Assembly: GCA_963749205.1 (NCBI GenBank)
Contig: CAVVLW010000009.1
Span: forward strand, 53,622-117,621
DNA length: 64,000 nt
DNA from: an uncultured Thermoplasmata archaeon
GTDB lineage: Archaea; Thermoplasmatota; Thermoplasmata; Lutacidiplasmatales; UBA184
Direction of reading: 5' to 3'
The position numbers and the translations under genes are program-made. Shown piece after piece: positions 34,344-46,207 of this stretch. The notes beneath the pieces are model-generated. The model had not been told where the DNA came from and did no database searches. It saw only the letters and a program-made list of their open reading frames with translations. Each line of letters begins with the position of its first letter. Position 1 is the stretch's first letter.

Positions 34344-35761
34344 TTAGAAGTGCGTCGCTGAGCACCCCTACGTTCGGCGTCCCTACGCCGGAGGCTGCGT
34401 CCCAGCTGGTCGTCGCGAGGTAACCCTCTCCGAGGTAGCCGGGGAACTCGATAGTGTTCGACCCGACCGTGATGTCATGGAACGACGAAGTACCGATCAG
34501 GCTGTACAGGGTCGGAGCGAAGTTGCCGAGTGGGGCTCCGTTGAGCTGGTCCAGAATCGAGGCAATGGCCGCCCACTGCGGAGAACCGGCACTCGTTCCA
34601 CCGACGATGTAGAATCCCCGCTGTGCCGAGTTCGGGAAAAAGCCGAAGTACGTCAGCACTCCGCCATCCACCCCGGCATTGTAGTCCACGTCCCCGAGTT
34701 CTTTCCTGCAATGAAGTGCGGCGACTTCGTGATGCACGTCAACGGCGTGCCCGAGCACTGGTACGGGTAACTGTGCGTCCCGTCTGCCACGGGGTGGGGG
34801 CGAAGTAGTGGCTCGGGGAACCTCCGGTTCCGCCGTAGATCATGCCCTCGGAAACCAAGAGGGGGTTCTCAAAGTCGTTCCAAGTCGCCTCATAGTTGTA
34901 CGTACCCACCATCGCACCGGTCGCGAAACTCAGGTTGAGGTACGACCCGGCGACCCCGATGTTGTTCGGGTTGTCCGCTGGGAAGCTCGCCGATGGGGTA
35001 GGACATCCCTCCTGGGCCCAACCGTCCCCCGCCGAGGCGAAAATCGAGATCCCTTCCGCGGCCGCCTCCGCGTAGATCTTGTTGTTCTGCGGAAGCCAAG
35101 CGTGGTCAGAGGCGGGGAAGAACGTGCACTCGGGGCTGCCAAAGCTCTGGGACCAGATGTTCCCCAAGTGGTGGTTGAGGGCGTAGTTCTCCGTGCCCAC
35201 GAAGGCGGTGTTGTTCTCGGACGGGGCGATTACGAGGTCGATGGTCGCGGCCGGGGCCATCGCGTGGCTGTATTGCGTGTCGAGCGAGATCTCCCTGCCC
35301 AACCCTCCGAGAGTGAGGTCTGGGGCGAGGCACCCGTCTGAATAGGGCAGCCCGCGGGGCAGATGACGTTCAAGGTAGCCCCCGGCAGACCGAACTGGGC
35401 GTCAAACGTGGCGAGGTCGGCCCGGACGGTCGGGTCGCCGTACGCATCAAAGATCACGATCGTCTGACCTTCACCAGCGCTCGCGTAACCGCCGACGCTG
35501 GTGTAGGCGGGACCGTAATTGTAGGCGGACTGGATGTCTTGCGGCGAATAGCAGTGGAGCAGGTTCCGGATAGCTGCCGCATTGCCCGTTCGTGGGGAGC
35601 CCGCTGATTCCTGCCCCGTAGTAGACCGCCTCATAACTGGGGTGCTCGACAGCGTTCTCCACCGCGACCACCCCGGCCGCAAGCCCGCCGGACACCGCCG
35701 AGACGAAGCCGAAACTCACCATCACCAAGACTACTAACCCGACCGTTGCATGTCGCAACAT
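34344..35761 (-). CDS. S53 (sedolisin-like) secreted peptidase, frameshifted
   Basis: Signal peptide; EISLD (Glu/Asp), SQSFG, ASAGDG, GGTSAGSP (Ser), HDIT.GSN, WDAASGVGTP. Confidence 0.88.
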
Positions 35762-35992
35762 AGCAGGGCCGCGAATGCGTTGCAGTATAACAAGGTTTCC
35801 GAAATCGGGGGGGATTATCGTCCCCAAGCCCCAGTTCTGGGCGACTGGGTCCTTTCCCTTCGGTCACTACGAGGACCCCCCACGGCGCCACGATCCCCCC
35901 GCGAGTCCACCAGTTGGGCGAAGTCAGAATCCTAAAGCCGTGACCCGGCACCATCTATCAGTTCATGAAGGGACGGAGCCTTCGGGTGGCCG

Positions 35993-36435
35993 TTGATCGC
36001 TATCGCAGATGTCGCCGTGGTCGTCTCGAACGCGAAGGCATCCGCCAAGTGGTGGACGAAGAATCTCGGCTTCTCAACGTATACCGTCGGGGTGCCGGGC
36101 ACGCGATCCTCGTCGCCCCGCCGGGGGATCGCTTCGTTCTGCACCTGTGCGAAGGCTTCGCCCCCCTTGAGCCCGGGGACACCGGGATCGCCTTCCTCAC
36201 CGATGAGATGGACTCCACGGTGGCTCGCATGGCCAAGGGAGCGGTAAGATTCCCCATCCTCCCCGGAAACATGCGCGGGCACGATGGCCAAGTTTGCGGA
36301 CCCCGACTGGAAACATCTTCTGGCTCATCGAGGCGCCTACCACGATGGTGCGGGCCACGGCGAGCTCTCGGGCCCCGAGCCAGAAACCAGGCTCGAGCAG
36401 GCGCCCCGTTCGTCGTCGAAAGCACTAGGCGCTGA
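35993..36435 (+). CDS. VOC family protein, frameshifted
   Basis: IADVAVVVS...WWTKNLGF, TGIAF, AKFADPD. Confidence 0.75.
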
Positions 36436-36854
36436 AATCGTTCGCCCCCCCTCGGGAGCTCGCTCCCTACCCGTCGAGACGCGAGGCTTCGCTGTAGGCG
36501 ACCGAACGGACCGAGTCCAACTGGAAGACCCCCCGCTCCGAATGCTGGGGGGAGCGGTCGCTGGAGCCACCCTTCCCCAGCCGTGAAACGAAATGGGGTG
36601 TCGTGGCCCGAGATCCGGGGGCCGTAGGCGCCGCTCAAATCGAATGGCCCCCTCCTAAGGGAGAGTCGCTTCTAGGGCACACGGGGTCGCGCAGCCTCGG
36701 CGACCCAGGTACCCCCGTCGGGGCCGTCGCCCAGTTCGAGACGGACGGACGTCGCGGCGCACCGCTTGCCAGGGGCGCGAATCGCGCGCCGTATGGGACT
36801 TGTGGCGGCGACCCGGAGTCGGAAGCAGCATCGCCCGGCCCCGAACGGGCGAGC

Positions 36855-39350
36855 CTACGGCCCCCCTCTGCGTTGGTCGCCTACCGACATGGCGGAGGCG
36901 GACCACCAGGTCCCGGCGGAAGGTTTCCTCCGGGTCCCGCCGGAGGAGGCGTGCCCGATTGCCCGGGGCTGCGTGGTGGTCGGCTTCTTCGGGCGCCGCA
37001 TCAGCAGCACCGCCGACAAGATCACCACGAGTACCAACCACGACTCCGACGATCAGATAGGTTAGCGTTGCACCGCTCAGGCTCGGGCTGGCGGAGGGAA
37101 CCGCGTTGACGGTGATGGTGACCGAGTTCTTGGCCGTTCCTCCGAGGCTATCGGTGACCGTCAAATTCACGACGTAGCTGCCCACCGTCGCGTAGGTGTG
37201 CGCCGCGGGATCCTGAGCGGTGCTCGTCGCTCCATCGCCGAAGCTCCAGGCGTAGGTGTACGTCCCGCTGCCACCGGTCGGGCTCGTCGCGAAGGTGACC
37301 GTCCCGCCCGCAGTAATCGTCAGTCGCCGAGGCAGTGATCATAGCCGCCAGGACCGCGTTGACGGTGATGGTGACCGAGTTCTTGGCCGTTCCTCCGAGG
37401 CTATCGGTGACCGTCAAGTTCACGACGTAGCTGCCCACCGTCGCGTAGGTGTGCGCCGCGGGATCCTGGGCGGTGCTCGTCGTTGCATCGCCGAAGCTCC
37501 AGGCGTAGGTGTACGTCCCGCTGCCACCGGTCGGGCTCGTCGCGAAGGTGACCGTTCCGCCCGCAGAGACTGTCGTGGCGGAGGCAGTAATCGTAACCCG
37601 CCAGGGCCGAGTTCACCGTCACACTGACGCTCGAGCTGGTGACGCTGACGTAGAAGAAGTCTGACCAGGTCACGGTGCAGGTGAAGGTCCCAGAGTTCGC
37701 GTAGGTATAGGGGATTACCGTCGAGAACGCCGATAAGCTGTCCACGTCGGTCGCCGCCCTCGACGCGGTGAAGTGGCCGTCACCGGTCGCAAGGTTCCAA
37801 CCGGCAGCGCATCCCGTTCCGGTCCCGACGACCCACGACTCCGTGAAGTTTACCCCCATTCCCAGGTCGACCGGGGTGGGTGTTTCGGTCAGCGTCGCCT
37901 GGGGCGGGGTCTCAAAGACCCATTCGTTCGCGTCGCAGTTCACGGGATAGTAGCAAGAGCCGCCGAGCAGGAACACGCCGATGCCGGTGGAATTCACGGC
38001 GAGGGCGGGCCCCTCCACCGGGACGAAGGCGGCCGGGGCACCGAGGCTGATCGCATGCCAGTGTCCGGCGAGGAACTCCCAGCTGTCGTTGTACTCCCCG
38101 TAGGTGCTGGAATTGTACCCGACGGTCAGGAAGATACCTCCGAGTTGGGCATCCCAGGTGATTCCCATGTCGGACCGCCCAGGCGGGGTGCATCCGATGG
38201 CGCAACCCCCGTCCCGGGCCGAGATGTTGACCCAGTTGTCGGCAAACGCAGTGCCCCCGGAGTAGGTGTAGGTATAGTTTGTACTCCCGGTACTCGGAGT
38301 AGTAGTCCCATCCCCGAAGAGGACCATGTACCAGTCGAGCGCGTCGTAGGCCATCCCCGGTCCATCCAGCCAGGTACCGTTGAGCAGGGCACCGGGCCCG
38401 TAGTCGATCGTGTGCCGCCGGTCGCGTTCAGGAGCCACGTGTACAGCTTCCGAGTAGTCGCAGTCGTTGTCGTCGCATCCATCGGCGAGCAAGAATCCAT
38501 GGAGCGCGGGGTCCCAGGCGCCCGCGGACGCGCCGATGCCCCCTTCCGGTAGGTAATCGCCGTGCTGGTCTAGAAGGGGCCCCGTGGTCGCCGAAATGTT
38601 CTTCCAAGTGCCCGTGAACAGCCATGTGTCGTTGAGACCCAGGTCGTTGGTGTTCCACCCCCCGACGAGGATGACCCCGCCCATGGCGGGATCATAGTCG
38701 AATCCGGGGTACCACCGCGGCGAGGGCACGGTGAGGCCGAGGATAGTCGTCAGGTTGGTCCAGGCGTCCCCGTTGTACACCCAGGTATCGCTTTCGTAGG
38801 GGTAGGACGGATTCTCGATGGAAGTACCAGTGTAGAGCACGACTTCGCCGAGGAGAGGGTCGAAGGCCATCCGCGCGCCGTACCCGGTGACGGGGACAAC
38901 TCCCGCCGACGCCCCGGCCACGTTCGTCGTGACATTGTACCACTTCGGATCGGTGCCCGAGGCCGTCGGAGCATGAGATGGTGAGGCCAACGGATGGACG
39001 AGGATCGCTCCACCCGGTGAGGCCGTCGCGATGGTCGGGTTCCGCCGGGCGCTGTCTCCGAAATTCGGGATGGCGCGCGGGGCCGACCCGCCACAGATGG
39101 CCATCGTTCCGGAGGCAACCGCACACGTCGCGGTGGATCCGGATCGCGCGTCGCCTGCATTGATGCCCGCCACAGCCTTCTGGAGCAATGCAGTCCCGGC
39201 CGGCGTGGCACCAGAGGCCGGATGGACTGAGCCTGTTGGCGCGCCCGAGCTCGGCCCGACGACACCCGAAGCGGCGGAGGCGAACCCACTGCCCAAAATG
39301 GCTATGACGACAATCGCCACGACCGCGGTCAGGAATGGCATCCGCGACAT
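36855..39350 (-). CDS. secreted kelch/galactose-oxidase-like propeller plus PKD-domain surface protein, frameshifted
   Basis: Signal peptide, kelch-like repeats (MAFDP, NDTW), PKD motifs (YAWSFGDG, AHTY, TVTDS.G), C-terminal TM. Confidence 0.85.
37100..37604. repeat. near-identical tandem duplication (~253 bp unit) encoding two PKD domains
   Basis: Copies begin accgcgttgacggtgatggtgaccgag at 37100 and 37353 with only scattered mismatches. Confidence 0.92.
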
Positions 39351-39794
39351 CCGCTGACCGTGGGTGTTCTCGTATATCTACCTCTCTAGCGAACCTGATC
39401 GGATGGCCGGCGTCGCTCCGCTCCCCCCTCGACCGGAGTAAACAGGGGCTCCACAGAATCTCGCGAGTACGAGCATGCGCACCTACGCGGTCTTCTATTT
39501 TTTTCCCTGGGCGGGATCTCTCCCATGCTCGCCCGAGGAAGTCTGCGAGAGCATGCGGGTCTCTCGTTCATCGCGCCGAGCTAGGCGGGAGTCCTCCCAA
39601 AGGGCTGGCAAACGCCCCCGAGCCGGCCGAGGTAGACATTCGCCGTCCCCCAAGACTCCATCGAGACATTCTCGAACCAACGACACACTTTGGGGTGGGC
39701 GACGATTCGCGGTGTCCCGTCGGCCGTGGCTGCCCACGCCTCGATAGTAACACCCGCCGAGGGAAGATCGCCGGATCTGCCATCTCGTAGGGAA

Positions 39795-39891
39795 TGGTTC
39801 GGTCGGATTTGAACCGACGAACTCCGGAATGTCCAGCGCTCCCAGACCAGGCGAGCATGAGCCCGACCAATGCGATCAGAGCCACTGACAC
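39795..39891 (-). pseudogene. tRNA-like element (degenerate intron-containing tRNA-Met-like)
   Basis: Minus strand has a perfect T-arm GTCGG-TTCAAAT-CCGAC, CGGGCTCAT anticodon context and GTGGCTC at positions 7-13. Acceptor and D stems pair poorly. Confidence 0.3.
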
Positions 39892-40369
39892 GGCGACCCA
39901 TCAGAGGGTCCGAGACGGGGGGCGATGTATGCTATAACGTGCGGGGACGGCCTGAGGAGATGAGCCTTCCATTCCGGTCCCGGTCCGTCGACCAGAGCGC
40001 AGTTGCCTGAAGAGCCCCTTCATTTTTTGGGTCGAGGAGGAGGGGGGAGTCCCGCACCGAGCCGCGGCTCACATTCCCCTTCCGCCCGCATGGACGGAAG
40101 GCGCCCAAGGCCCGGGGGGTTTGTTCCTAGGGCCCCGATTGCGGTGCTCCCTCACCCACGGTGCCCGCCGCCCAAGGGCACGTTTTCCCGCGGGCAGCGC
40201 TCACGCGTTTGGGTCGTGGGCGGCGATGCCCCGCCGGTTAAACGAACGGTAGACAGGGCGACTCCGCTAGCCCTGCGCCGTAGCGGCAACGGCGTCCCTC
40301 GCCATACCACCCGGCCTATTCGCAGGAGGCGGGTGTGGTCGGTCGGACGAGCCGTCAAGCTGCCGGGGC

Positions 40370-41700
40370 TCAGGGGCCCGAGACCGTTGCGTTTTCGGCC
40401 GGCGGTGGCCTCCGAACTCGGATCCAAACGGTGGAGACGAGCGCTACTCCCCCTGCGACCGCGGTGATCAGCACTACCCAGCTTAACGGGGAAGGAGGCG
40501 GGAACCGCGGGGACGTGGGCGATGGGAGGGTGATGCTCGCGATCGGGGTGGCGTTCGACGCGAAAACGGTGACGTTGGCCGACTTCCAGTCCGTGACGTA
40601 CACCTCACCCGTTCGGTTGTCGACCGCGATGCCCTCGAACGGGGCGCCCCCGGTCGGTCCCTTGGCGACGACCGAATTGGTCGCGTCCGAAACCACATAC
40701 ACCTGGTTTGAGAAGGGCCCCGCGGCCCAGATGTCCCCCGTGCCGCCGTCCAGGGCCAACGCCGTGGCCGACCCGGGCAAAGGGACCGTTCCCACTTCGG
40801 TGTTGGTGGCGGTCGATACGATCGCTAGTCCGTTCCCGGCCTCGCACGACGCGTGCACACGTGCCCCGTCGCGGGATCGCTCACTACGCCGAAGGGATCC
40901 TCTCCGAATGTGCCGGGTCGTTCGGCGCATCCCACCGGCACCGAGGCGGTCACGGAATCGGATACGTCCGAGATCAATGTCAACGTGTCGGAGTAGTTCC
41001 CGAGCGAGTTCGCTACGAACACCTCTCCCTTTGCCTGGATGTAGGCGAGGCCGAGCGGCTGTTCGACTCGACCTTCTGAGATCGTCCGGACTGGGGTCCC
41101 CGAGGGAAGGGAAAGTACGCTGATGTTCCCCTGAATCAGGTCCGTCACAAACAGTTGGTCCTGCCCGCTATCGTAGGCAATGTTCCACGGACCCCCTGCG
41201 ACGGGGAAGGTCGCCTCCACCGAATCATTCTCATCCGAGATGACCGCGATGGCGCCGGCACCGGTTTCGGCGACGAATACCTCCCCGAGGGCAGGGTCGT
41301 AGGCTAGACCGAACGGATTTACACACGCCTGTCCGAGGGAGATCACCTTCACGATAGTGTTCGACGTCTCCGAAATGACGTACACTTCGTTCGTCAGCGA
41401 ATCGGCAACGAACACCTGACCGGTCCCGTAATCGTAGACGGCACCGGAAGGTCCGTAAGGCGAACCGTAGAAGCCGCACTGCGACGCCGGAGATCCCGCG
41501 ACGTCGGAGAACCGGCCCAGACTGGGGGGAGTTAGAGGCCCCGAAAGGCGCAGGACGGTCGAGACCCCCGCTCTGGCCGCCCCCGATGAGTGGCTGTGTG
41601 CCGCCAGGCCCGTCGCGTCCGTTAGCAGCAGCCCCACGGCGATGGCTGTCACTACCGACCAGACCCCCGCTCGCTGTGAGCGTCGCGCTCGCTCCGACAC
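40370..41700 (-). CDS. YncE/YVTN beta-propeller secreted protein with C-terminal TM, frameshifted
   Basis: Repeats P.G.AYD...GEVFVA...VIS; signal peptide. Confidence 0.85.
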
Positions 41701-42134
41701 GGACTAATCTCGCGTTCGTCCTCGATGGGGTGGCAGCGGCTTAACGAATTCGTACTGGCCAGAGACTCGGGGTCGACGCAGTCCCCTCTGAGGATCACTC
41801 CTCTGGACGAACCCTCGAATCGGCCAGGACCCCAGCGCGGGAGAGCGGGCGACCCGCTCGGTGTGAGTGAAACGGAAGAAAAGCGGGCCCCCGACTGTTA
41901 AGCGAAAGGGGGCAGAACGGCTTCGACTACCCTCCTGACGTGAGCTGGGCCCCCGGTTCTCGGAAGGGGGCGACAGGAGGGGCGGGATTGAGCCGAGGCT
42001 TTCCCGTTCTCGCCACCGGCGCGGTCGAGCACGCTACCCTGAGGACACGAGACTTCCTGCTTGGAGTCTGACCCAGAGGGCTGTGGGCAGCCGGACCGGC
42101 CACCCGCGCCCAGAAGGGGTTGGCGAAGAATCCG

Positions 42135-44195
42135 CTACGTGAAGGTCGCCGTGATCGTTCCCGGCCCCTTGATCGTCGCGGTGGTCCCCGAGGAGGTCGT
42201 CGAACCGATCGTAGCGGTCCCGGTTGTCTGGCTCCATGCCTTGAACGAGGATCCGGTCACGTTCTCCCCGAGGATCGGCAGCACCGTCCCGACAAAGTAC
42301 CAGGTCGACCCCGACGGGCTCGTCGAGCCGGACCCCACCGTAGTGAACGTAACGTACACCACTTTGGCGAAGACAGTCGCAAGGTACGTCTGGTAGGGGG
42401 CGGTGAAGCTGAAGGAGGTACTCGTGGCCTCCCACTGCGTCCCCGCCACGCCGTAGTTGTTCGTGTACGCGCTGCCACTGTAGCCTCCGTAGTTCGACCC
42501 CGAGATGTTCAGCCACGGCGTGCTGGAGAAGTACGGCACACCGTTCACGGCAATCCCCCACGAGGAGCCGGATGGGAGACCGTACTCGAGGAAGTGGAGC
42601 GTCACGTGCGGGGAGATGAAGTTCTCCGTCACCACTCCAGGCCCGGTCACCTTCATGGTGGTCGAGGCGCTCGAGGTAGACCCGAGGGTGACGTTCGAGC
42701 TGCTCGGGCTCCACGAGTTGAAGTTGTTCGTTGAAGAGGCGATCGCGGAGAGCGCGTTCACCGAGCCGTCGACGTACCAGCCGCTCGATATCGTAGCCGA
42801 GCCGCTCCCGAAGTACGGGTTGTTCTGGAACGTGACGTAGTCGTACTTCTCATAGACCACCTGGATCGAGTTCGTGGAACCGAGGGGCCAATAACTACTG
42901 GCAGTCCCCACGGGGTAGTACGCCACATCGTACTGCCCGACGCCGACCGGCGAGAACGCGCTCCACGAAAGCGCCGTCGTCAGGCCGGTGAGCACGAGCG
43001 AGGTGCTGCCGGTGGGATGGTAGTACCCGTTGACATAGACTCCCCAGGCGGTGTTGGCAGGCAATCCGATCTCGTGGAACGTAAGCGTGCACGTCGTGCA
43101 TGGTGTCCCGGCGACGAAATCCGCGATCACGTCCCCGGACGCCTTCACGGTCGCATTCGTGCCCGCGAGAGCCCGACTGCCGAGTCCGACCCTCGTCTCG
43201 TTCACGGTCCATGCCTTGAAGATGTACGACGACGAGGGGGTCGCGAGCAGGGGGAACGACGAACCGCTCGTGTAGTAGGCAGCGCCCGAGGGGGTGGTCG
43301 AGCCGGCTCGCCCGGGCTCACCGAGATCGTGACCTGATACTGCTTGACGAAGACGATCTCCTGGCTCAGCTGGTAGGGGATGTTCATGTAAGCGGTCGAC
43401 GGCGAGGGCGTGTACTGGATGCCGCTGCCCGCGGCGACAGCTGCGACGGTCCAAAGGTCGTTGCCCACGGTATTGGATGTGGAGGTCGAGCGTCGCACTC
43501 GTGCCGCTGGACTTAACCCCGTTGAGGATGACGCTCCAAGGCGTGCTGGCCGGCAGGCCCGACTCGGAGAAACTCGCGGTGTACTTGCTCGTCGCGAAGT
43601 GCGCCCCCACCGTTCCGGGGTGGTTGATCTGCAGGCGCGTCGACTCGAGGGCGGAGCTCGAAAGGACGAGGAGCGAGGCGTTCGACACAGTCCAGTCCGA
43701 CCAGGAGTACCCGACCGCCGCGGAACCCGAGATGGAGAGGTTAGTGTAGGCGTTGTACCAGTTGGACCCGGGGATGGCGGAACCCGCCGACGTCGGGGCG
43801 ACGGTGAAGGTGACGTAGTACTGGGTCGCGTAGACCACGGCGACCTTGTCCTCGTACGGCACGCTGAGATACGCCGCGCTGGTGATCGTCGCGTACTGGA
43901 CGTTCACCTTTCCTCCGATATCGTTGCTGACGGAGTAGTAGTACGAGCCAGCCGCCACTCCGGTGACCGTGATCGTGCTCGTGGTTCCCGGATGCGCGAC
44001 ACTGTTGAATGTCACGGTCCAGGAGGTCCCGGACGGGAGACCGCTCTCCGTGAACGATACGCTGTAGGTCGTCGCCGGCGGGACTGCCGCGGCGCTGGCG
44101 ACCGTCCCGATCATCAATGCCGCCACTAGCACAACCCCCAACGCAATCCAGGACCCCCATTTTCCGATCATTGCTTTCCCAGTGTTATCCGACAC
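42135..44195 (-). CDS. Ser/Thr-rich secreted surface protein with alternating thermopsin-type and InlB B-repeat-like domains, frameshifted
   Basis: Signal peptide; repeated F.ESGLP..T.W.V units and F..W...G.I.A.F units. Confidence 0.8.
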   Translation of the reverse strand: MSDNTGKAMIGKWGSWIALGVVLVAALMIGTVASAAAVPPATTYSVSFTESGLPSGTSWTVTFNSVAHPGTTSTITVTGVAAGSYYYSVSNDIGGKVNVQYATITSAAYLSVPYEDKVAVVYATQYYVTFTVAPTSAGSAIPGSNWYNAYTNLSISGSAAVGYSWSDWTVSNASLLVLSSSALESTRLQINHPGTVGAHFATSKYTASFSESGLPASTPWSVILNGVKSSGTSATLDLHIQYRGQRPLDRRSCRRGQRHPVHALAVDRLHEHPLPAEPGDRLRQAVSGHDLGEPGRAGSTTPSGAAYYTSGSSFPLLATPSSSYIFKAWTVNETRVGLGSRALAGTNATVKASGDVIADFVAGTPCTTCTLTFHEIGLPANTAWGVYVNGYYHPTGSTSLVLTGLTTALSWSAFSPVGVGQYDVAYYPVGTASSYWPLGSTNSIQVVYEKYDYVTFQNNPYFGSGSATISSGWYVDGSVNALSAIASSTNNFNSWSPSSSNVTLGSTSSASTTMKVTGPGVVTENFISPHVTLHFLEYGLPSGSSWGIAVNGVPYFSSTPWLNISGSNYGGYSGSAYTNNYGVAGTQWEATSTSFSFTAPYQTYLATVFAKVVYVTFTTVGSGSTSPSGSTWYFVGTVLPILGENVTGSSFKAWSQTTGTATIGSTTSSGTTATIKGPGTITATFT

Positions 44196-44714
44196 CCGGT
44201 GTCGGATAACCCGGGAACGGCTACTCCTACTTCAAAGCCTCGTGCGCCCGCGCTGGCGGCGCCCCCGACGAGGTGGTCCCTGACCGTTCCAGGCCGCGCA
44301 GTCCACCCGACGACATCTCGATTGGAACGTGGTGACCGTCCTCGTCGGGGTCCTGATCGACCTCGTCGCTCCATTCACGGTAGCGATGTCGCACTCTTTC
44401 CCCCAACAGTTCACGTCGTCACTTGGGTCGAAGGGATTCACGTCGACCCCGCTTCCGACGGCGCGTCGCTTACTGGCAACCTATTCGACTCCCGATGGCT
44501 TCGTGCGCCGGATCGAACCGCGCGGATCCTCGCCGTCGGCTGGATTGGGCGTCGCGAGGGATGCCCCCGACTGTCGAACGAAAAGGGGCAGGGCGTCTCC
44601 AGACCCAGTGAAGAGGGGAGAGACGAAAGAGTCCGCGCGCCTGGCTACCCGTCGGCACAAGCGGATCCGCTGGGTGACCAATTCCCGTCCCGCACACCGC
44701 TGGTGGACGCAACA

Positions 44715-45823
44715 CTAGAGGAGTTTTCCGGCGCGAATGACTGGAGTCCCGTCGACCGCGACCTGGGAACCGGCGAGAGAAATCCAACTCATGAAGTTCG
44801 ACCCGGTGGTGCCCCCCCCGATTGTCAGGGAAACGCAGCCGCGCTCGATGGTCTCCAAGTTGGGGACGTCCTTTGCGGCCGGGTTCAGCCCGAAGGTGAG
44901 ACCGCTGGCACGGCCCTTGCCCGCCGTGCCGTTCTGGGTACTGACGGGCAAAGTCTTCCTCTCCCTCCTCGAAGGAATACGAGGTAAGCCCACCGTCAGC
45001 GAATTCGAGGGTTCCCCCGGCGTGCGAGTGCCACCAGATATTGGTCCGGCGGTTGGCGTGGATGCTCCCCTCCGCGGTTTTGGAGTCGAGGGCCACGTCC
45101 ACGCGTCCGGCGGGGATCTGCGTCAGCATGTCATAGGGGCCGTATCTCTTGTCGTGCGGGTGGGGTCTCCCGTCGTGCAACCGTGGAGCCGCCCCGACCA
45201 GGGCAACTTCCAGGTCGGTTCCATTGGAGTGGGTGATCCGCACCTTCTTCCCTCGTGAGAGCGCCTTGCAGAGCCGAGCCCCGTTCTTGGCCATCTCTTC
45301 CGGGTCGACGAGACATGCCCGCAGCACGCTTTCCTTCCACTGCGCAAGGGCCACTCCCCACTTCTGGGCCCGTCCCTCCGTCACGAACCCAGCGGTCATC
45401 CGCGCACCGCGGAGCCCCGTCTTCCTGGCGACCTCGTACCAGGGCGAGTTCCAGGCGAGCGCTTCGTCGAAGGTCCGCTCGTCGCCGGAAAAATGATCCT
45501 TCTCGATGCGGTCGGTGTCGCCCGGACCCCAGAACATCACGTACACATCCGCGGCCTTCATCGCCGCCCACTCCGGGGCGCTTGACCTGCCGAGGAGCTT
45601 GCTCTGTTTCCGGTCGATCGCGCGCCACCACGCGTCCTCGTCCTCGTGGACGAGGAGCGCGTTGCCGCCCACGCATCGGACCTCATCGACCATCGCCGAG
45701 GCCATCGGCATTGTGTGGTCCCATGACTCGACGATCGCATACTCCCCCGCCCGGACCTTGAGGGTACTTGGTCACGATGTTCCGGGCCGCGTCGCGCTGT
45801 AGCTTCGAGGGGGTTTCCGGCAT
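44715..45823 (-). CDS. M29 aminopeptidase (AmpS/AmpT)-like protein, probably catalytically inactive, frameshifted
   Basis: LKVRAGE, GKKVRITHSNGTDL, IPAG, FGLNP, VDG..VI..GK; the expected metal ligands are not seen. Confidence 0.7.
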
Positions 45824-46207
45824 GGTCCGGGGCCGAAGTCGACGGGCCTACTTGTAACCCGCCCGGGGTTGCGAAGCCGTGGGCACATCGGCACACCCTC
45901 CCACCCCTCCCACCGCTCGTTCCGACTCTCTCAATCCGAGGCGGGGCGCCTCCCGCTCCTCGGGCCCAAGGGGCTAGGGGTAGCCGTTCCGGCCCACCGG
46001 GTGTCCCGACCGAGCGCCCGCCACGTACCAGCAGGTCGGCGGAGCTCGCTACCTGATGGGCGCCGACGACCACTCTCACAAGCGGTTCCGCGGCAGAGGG
46101 ACGAGGGGGAGGGGGCCGGCCGCACACAGCCAGGCACCCCGGAGGGCACGATCACGGCGGCGACGAGGAAGGGCGAGATCTGGCGATTGGGGAGCGCCAC
46201 GCTGGGC

